Assembly: GCA_012295275.1 (NCBI GenBank)
Contig: CM022666.1
Span: 7,812,001-7,876,000, forward strand
Direction: 5' to 3'
Length of the DNA: 64,000 nt
From: Chrysomallon squamiferum
Lineage: Eukaryota > Animalia > Mollusca
A program made the position numbers and the translations under genes. Of this stretch, positions 59,777-64,000 are shown piece by piece (within the stretch, counting starts at the first letter, position 1; each line of letters starts with the position of its first letter). The notes beneath the pieces were generated by a model, which was not told where the DNA came from, ran no database searches, and saw only the letters and a program-made list of their open reading frames with translations.

Positions 59777-62700
59777 GTAACGTTGTATATATGAATGATT
59801 TGATGACTGATGAAATATTTGTATGCACTATATGGAATTCATTAGGGAATTTTTCGCCGGGCGAGCCTTTCATCGATTCAAAATGGCGATGCGGAAAACA
59901 CGTGAGGTCGACAATAGTGACAAGTTAAATATAAATGTTATCCGAGTGTGAATCTCGGTTAAACATAGGAAGTTAAAATCGCATTAACAAGAAGTTCGTT
60001 TTTAAAATACCGATGTGCTTAATATGAAGTATAAGGTCCAGTTTGCTGCAATCATAGCATTTCTTAACAGAATTTTTTTCTTGAAAGCGTAAGAAGAAAA
60101 TTTTCATTCCTGATTAACATTTTATATTTTTATTCCACAGTAATCTGGAATGAACTGAGATGTAATTGAAAGGCTATTTTTAATTATCACAGATAAAGTC
60201 GATCAATTTTTTTTTTTAACAACGTTTTTACAACAAATTACAATATTTTCGTTCATGATGATCATTAAAAACGGATCGACTTGATCAAAGCCATTATGTA
60301 TTTTTTTTTGGTTTCTTACAGTCTAACTTTAATGTATTTCCTTTTTTCTTTTATTCAGTTTGCTGGTCTGGACTTGAATGGAGCCCGTGGTCGAGGTAGA
60401 GGAGACTGGAATGCCCAGTCTTACCCAAGTCAGCCACCCAACAGTGAGTTTTTAAAGTGTACTGAGGGTATCCCTAATTTGTATTACAATTTTTTTTTTT
60501 TTTTTTTTTATCCAGGGCTGGTTTAATACGGCCTGTTAGACCACCAAATGACTTCATTTTTTTTTTTTTTTTATTTTATATATATTTCCCAAGGAAAAAA
60601 ATCAGCAACTTCACAAAGACAAGTCAGTTTTCATGTTAGAATCTACATATCAACAGTCTTGTTAATGTAAACTGACATACAGCAATCCATTTTGTATAAT
60701 CTTTTAAAAAATGGCAAACTTTATTATTTATTTTTTTTATTATAGAAATTATGATCATATATTTAGTGAAGTTTTTTGTTTTGGCCTATACGCAAACAAA
60801 AGTTGTTTTTTGTATATTGCTACATATTAGTAATAGTTTGGTTGATTGAAAAATGACTTAAAACTACTGTTTTTGGTTGTATACAAATGCAAGAACTGAT
60901 GAATATTAAATTATATTAAGGGTAAAGATGAATCTGTCCTTCAATGGCAGAAACCCTTAACTTAAATTGGTGTATTTATATCTGATATTAAAATTCATTT
61001 CAGTTGCTGGAAAACAAAATACATGAGAAAAGTTGATTGTTCTACACCAAAAAGAATAATCTTTATTCAAAATTAAATGAAAATTTTGCCAGTCTGTCTC
61101 ATTTTTAACAATGTTATATTAATCATTTAACTGAATGTTACTCTAAGAAAGAAAAAGTTATTAAAGGTTTAATATTAAAATTTCAGTATGAAACATTAAA
61201 CTGGATAGTTGTGTATTTGTATTGCAGCTTAGCTCATTTTTTAAAATGTTTTTTCAATGAATTGATAAAAATACATGAAATCTGTGAAAATAAGTATTTG
61301 GAAATTGAAGAATCACCATTCTTTTAATTTCATCTCTTGGTAATTGACATACATATGTATATTTTATTTTATTCCCCTCCTCCCGTTTCTGATTATGAGT
61401 ACAAATCTAATGCTTTCATGGCAAGCATAGATGCTAAAGTACTTTCATAGCCTCCAGTGCAAAGATGTGTAGATTATAAAATTTAAATAAATTACAACAG
61501 CTGCAATATCAGTCTGTTAGGATTTATTTGTTTTTATATATACATTTTTTTTTTGCATCTATTATAAGAAAACTAAAAATGTTAATCTGTTTCACATTTT
61601 ATCAAACAAAAACTGACTGTAAGACTTTCGTGAAAATGTACAAATAGTATTTAGGTCTTTAAATCAAAAACACTTTAACAAAACAATTTTTGCAAAACAG
61701 AAGGCATAGAAACCAAGAACAAATGTGTAAGGACACAGGTGGAACAGGTTAATTGTTAGATCTTTATTATGCAGGTGTTCTGAACACTGGCACACGTTAT
61801 GTACCGCCACATATGAGAGGGCCTATGGGCGCGGCTCCACCGCCACCGATACCTTCAGGACCACCACCTCCTTTGCCACCAACACAAGGTAATTGGGGAG
61901 GTGCTGACTATAATCTTGGTGATAACCGGCCAGGTGCTGACACTGGAAACTGGGGACGCCATGGTAATAATTTAATGACTAGTGTATGTGCGTAACAGAT
62001 AGATGGGGGCAGGGTAACTATGCTTAAGTCTTTTGCCAGACAGGTACAGCAGATTACTTTACAGAAATCTGTATGTCAGAAATGCTTGCTGCCTAATGAA
62101 AACTAGTTTCCAGTGACAGTCAGAAATTAGGATTTTATAACCTTTAGCTGTGCATGAATAGTTTTTGCTGTAGCGACAAAGCACTAGTGGAGACATGGTG
62201 TGTGCAGTTTTTTTTTTTTGGTTACTGAAAACTGAAGTTCAGTTTTCCAGTATTAGAGTAATACAGATTAGAATGTTTCTGCTTTGCAGATGGTTACATG
62301 GGAAGTTATTCATCCAACGCAGGTTTTCGAGGTGGTTACAGTGCTCCTCCTCCTGGGCCACAAAGTGAGATATTTATTAAATTTCTTTTAACAATCAAGT
62401 ATGTAACATTCTTTACACTTGTATTTTTTGTTATTATTAAAAATTCCAAATTTAACATCAAAAACGGACGTTATGGTAATCTTAAAAATTCCTACAGTTA
62501 ATTCCTAAACTCCATTTCATCTAGGAATATATTAAAAGTAGCAAAAACAACTTTTTTTTTTTAATGTGCACATGTATTGGACTGGCACAAGTACAATTTT
62601 TGTTCCCTTCCATCGATTGTTTTAAGAATATCAACTATTTTAAAATTTAAATCAAGTCCCTCAGCACTAACATGATTTCGGTTTCGCTAATTATTCAGAC

Positions 62701-63671
62701 ATTTATCTGGATTGTTTCACACTTCACTGTTGCATCATTGTTTAAGCTACCATTGGGTATTGTTTTTAAAGAATTTTCAAGTGTTTTAATCTCACTTTAA
62801 GCCATTTACTTTAAACACTTAATTACAAACACAAAATACCTGACACTGCACAAGAAAACGTTCTTGTTACGATTAACATAGGTTAATATGGTATTCTGGT
62901 TATACAGTATTTAGAATACATGTACTTGAAACATTATTACAAGTTAGATTTTGAATTTTTGTTTCTTCATCCTGTCAACAGACCCTATCTGCTCTTTAAT
63001 TTCTCTATAAATAAAGGATATGTCATTTTCAGATTTGAAGAAAATGGTATTCAAATTGCTTGGATCTTGCCAGCTTATCAGGGAAACTGTTTTAATGAGG
63101 ATAGGCTGTGTTTGAATATCTGAAGTCAAAATGCTTGTGACAGTTTAATAAGTGAACAAAAAGAAAAGGATTATTTAATATTTCAGTCTTGTACAATATA
63201 ACTAATAAAGATGTTAGTTTTGTGGGTTTTTAAATACATTTTCAGCAGTATTTTAATTTTTAATTTTATTGTGTATGTAATGAAGGTACAAAACATTTTT
63301 TTATTTAACAGCTTTATCTTTCAGGATCTGAAATGTTTTGTTTAAATCCACTGTCATTTCAGATATGGGAGATCGAGGCTACAGCCAGTATGGCCGAGCA
63401 CCTGAACAGTATGGCCGTGGTGACCAGACTGGACGAGGAATGTCTGCTCAAGGCTACAAAAGTTTTAATCAGAGACGAGGTAGTGGTGGTTTCCAGCGAG
63501 ATGATAGGTGATTACATGTTTAAAAATACATAATACATAAAACTGGTGGGGTAAATTGCCCAACTAAGCCATTTAGTCTGTTGGATGTTACATATATTTG
63601 GTAGTGCTTTTTAAATAAAGAAAAAGGAAGATGGTCAGAAAATAAATGTTACATGTATTTATTATTTTAAA

Positions 63672-63707
<36 letters not shown>

Positions 63708-64000
63708 ATTAAGCAGAGTTAATAGTATTGCTATCATTATGACCATATAATGACCCCCTGTACCTGATTTTGTGTTTGTGTTCATTCAGTCAGTAATCAA
63801 AGTATTGCATTAAGTCAGTAGTTAATAAATGGTTTGTGGTATTATTCAATGAAATTTCAGAATTGATAATCGCTGGCAAGGCGGCCGCAGTGATAGACAA
63901 GGCAGTCTGCCACCACAGCCCCCCCAGTCCAGTCGGTGGGACGTGCTCATTGAGGACAGTCGCGACGGGCGAAGGCGTGAGTGGGGACACAACCGGTGGG
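59729..64000 (+). CDS. DDX3X: DEAD-box RNA helicase DDX3/PL10/Belle; N-terminal part, six exons, runs off the window end
   Basis: MSSHDLHQNGKGLEQQ|FAGLDLN matches the DDX3 N-terminal export signal (LDQQFAGLDLN). RYVPPHMR matches the eIF4E-binding YIPPHLR motif. An RG/G/P/Y-rich disordered region follows. GT-AG junctions have consistent phases. The helicase core lies beyond the window. Confidence 0.9.
60359..60443 (+). CDS. DDX3X: DDX3 exon 2
   Basis: FAGLDLNGARGRGRGDWNAQSYPSQPPN, bounded by ttattcag and gtgagt. Confidence 0.9.
61775..61963 (+). CDS. DDX3X: DDX3 exon 3 (alternative in-frame donor after 61888)
   Basis: VLNTGTRYVPPHMRGPMGAAPPPPIPSGPPPPLPPTQGNWGGADYNLGDNRPGADTGNWGRH. Confidence 0.82.
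62290..62364 (+). CDS. DDX3X: DDX3 exon 4
   Basis: GYMGSYSSNAGFRGGYSAPPPGPQ. 75 nt, phase 1-1, bounded by tttgcag and gtgaga. Confidence 0.78.
63363..63507 (+). CDS. DDX3X: DDX3 exon 5
   Basis: MGDRGYSQYGRAPEQYGRGDQTGRGMSAQGYKSFNQRRGSGGFQRDD, bounded by catttcag and gtgatt. Confidence 0.8.
63861..64000 (+). CDS. DDX3X: DDX3 exon 6 (partial)
   Basis: Acceptor aatttcag, phase-2 join. IDNRWQGGRSDRQGSLPPQPPQSSRWDVLIEDSRDGRRREWGHNRW, open to the window end. Confidence 0.8.

Noticed and set aside
59729-64000. vasa/DDX4 identity for the RG-rich helicase
   Set aside because: LEQQFAGLDLN and YVPPHMR are diagnostic of DDX3/PL10 rather than Vasa.

Overview
AT-rich, microsatellite-dense animal genomic DNA with spliceosomal introns. 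It is probably a mollusc or other lophotrochozoan, inferred from composition and repeat style only. I reconstructed three protein-coding genes by hand from splice signals and translation. (1) The last three coding exons of a GPC3/GPC5 (Dally)-type glypican lie on + (31285-39137), after more than 31 kb with no recognisable coding exon, probably one large intron. (2) A complete 17-exon MCM7 lies on - (58311-48367, about 723 aa); it contains one U12-type minor intron and one apparent +1 frameshift. (3) The first six exons of a DDX3/PL10/Belle DEAD-box helicase lie on + (59729 to the window end), head-to-head with MCM7 across about 1.4 kb. The rest is microsatellites, minisatellites, local duplications, decayed interspersed repeats and CpG-retaining islands that look like enhancers. 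Most ORFs in the supplied track are microsatellite artefacts. I see no direct evidence of a wholly new biological system. The best leads are the U12 intron in MCM7, the glypican-MCM7 linkage, the shared MCM7/DDX3 promoter and a duplicated poly(A)-like cassette.
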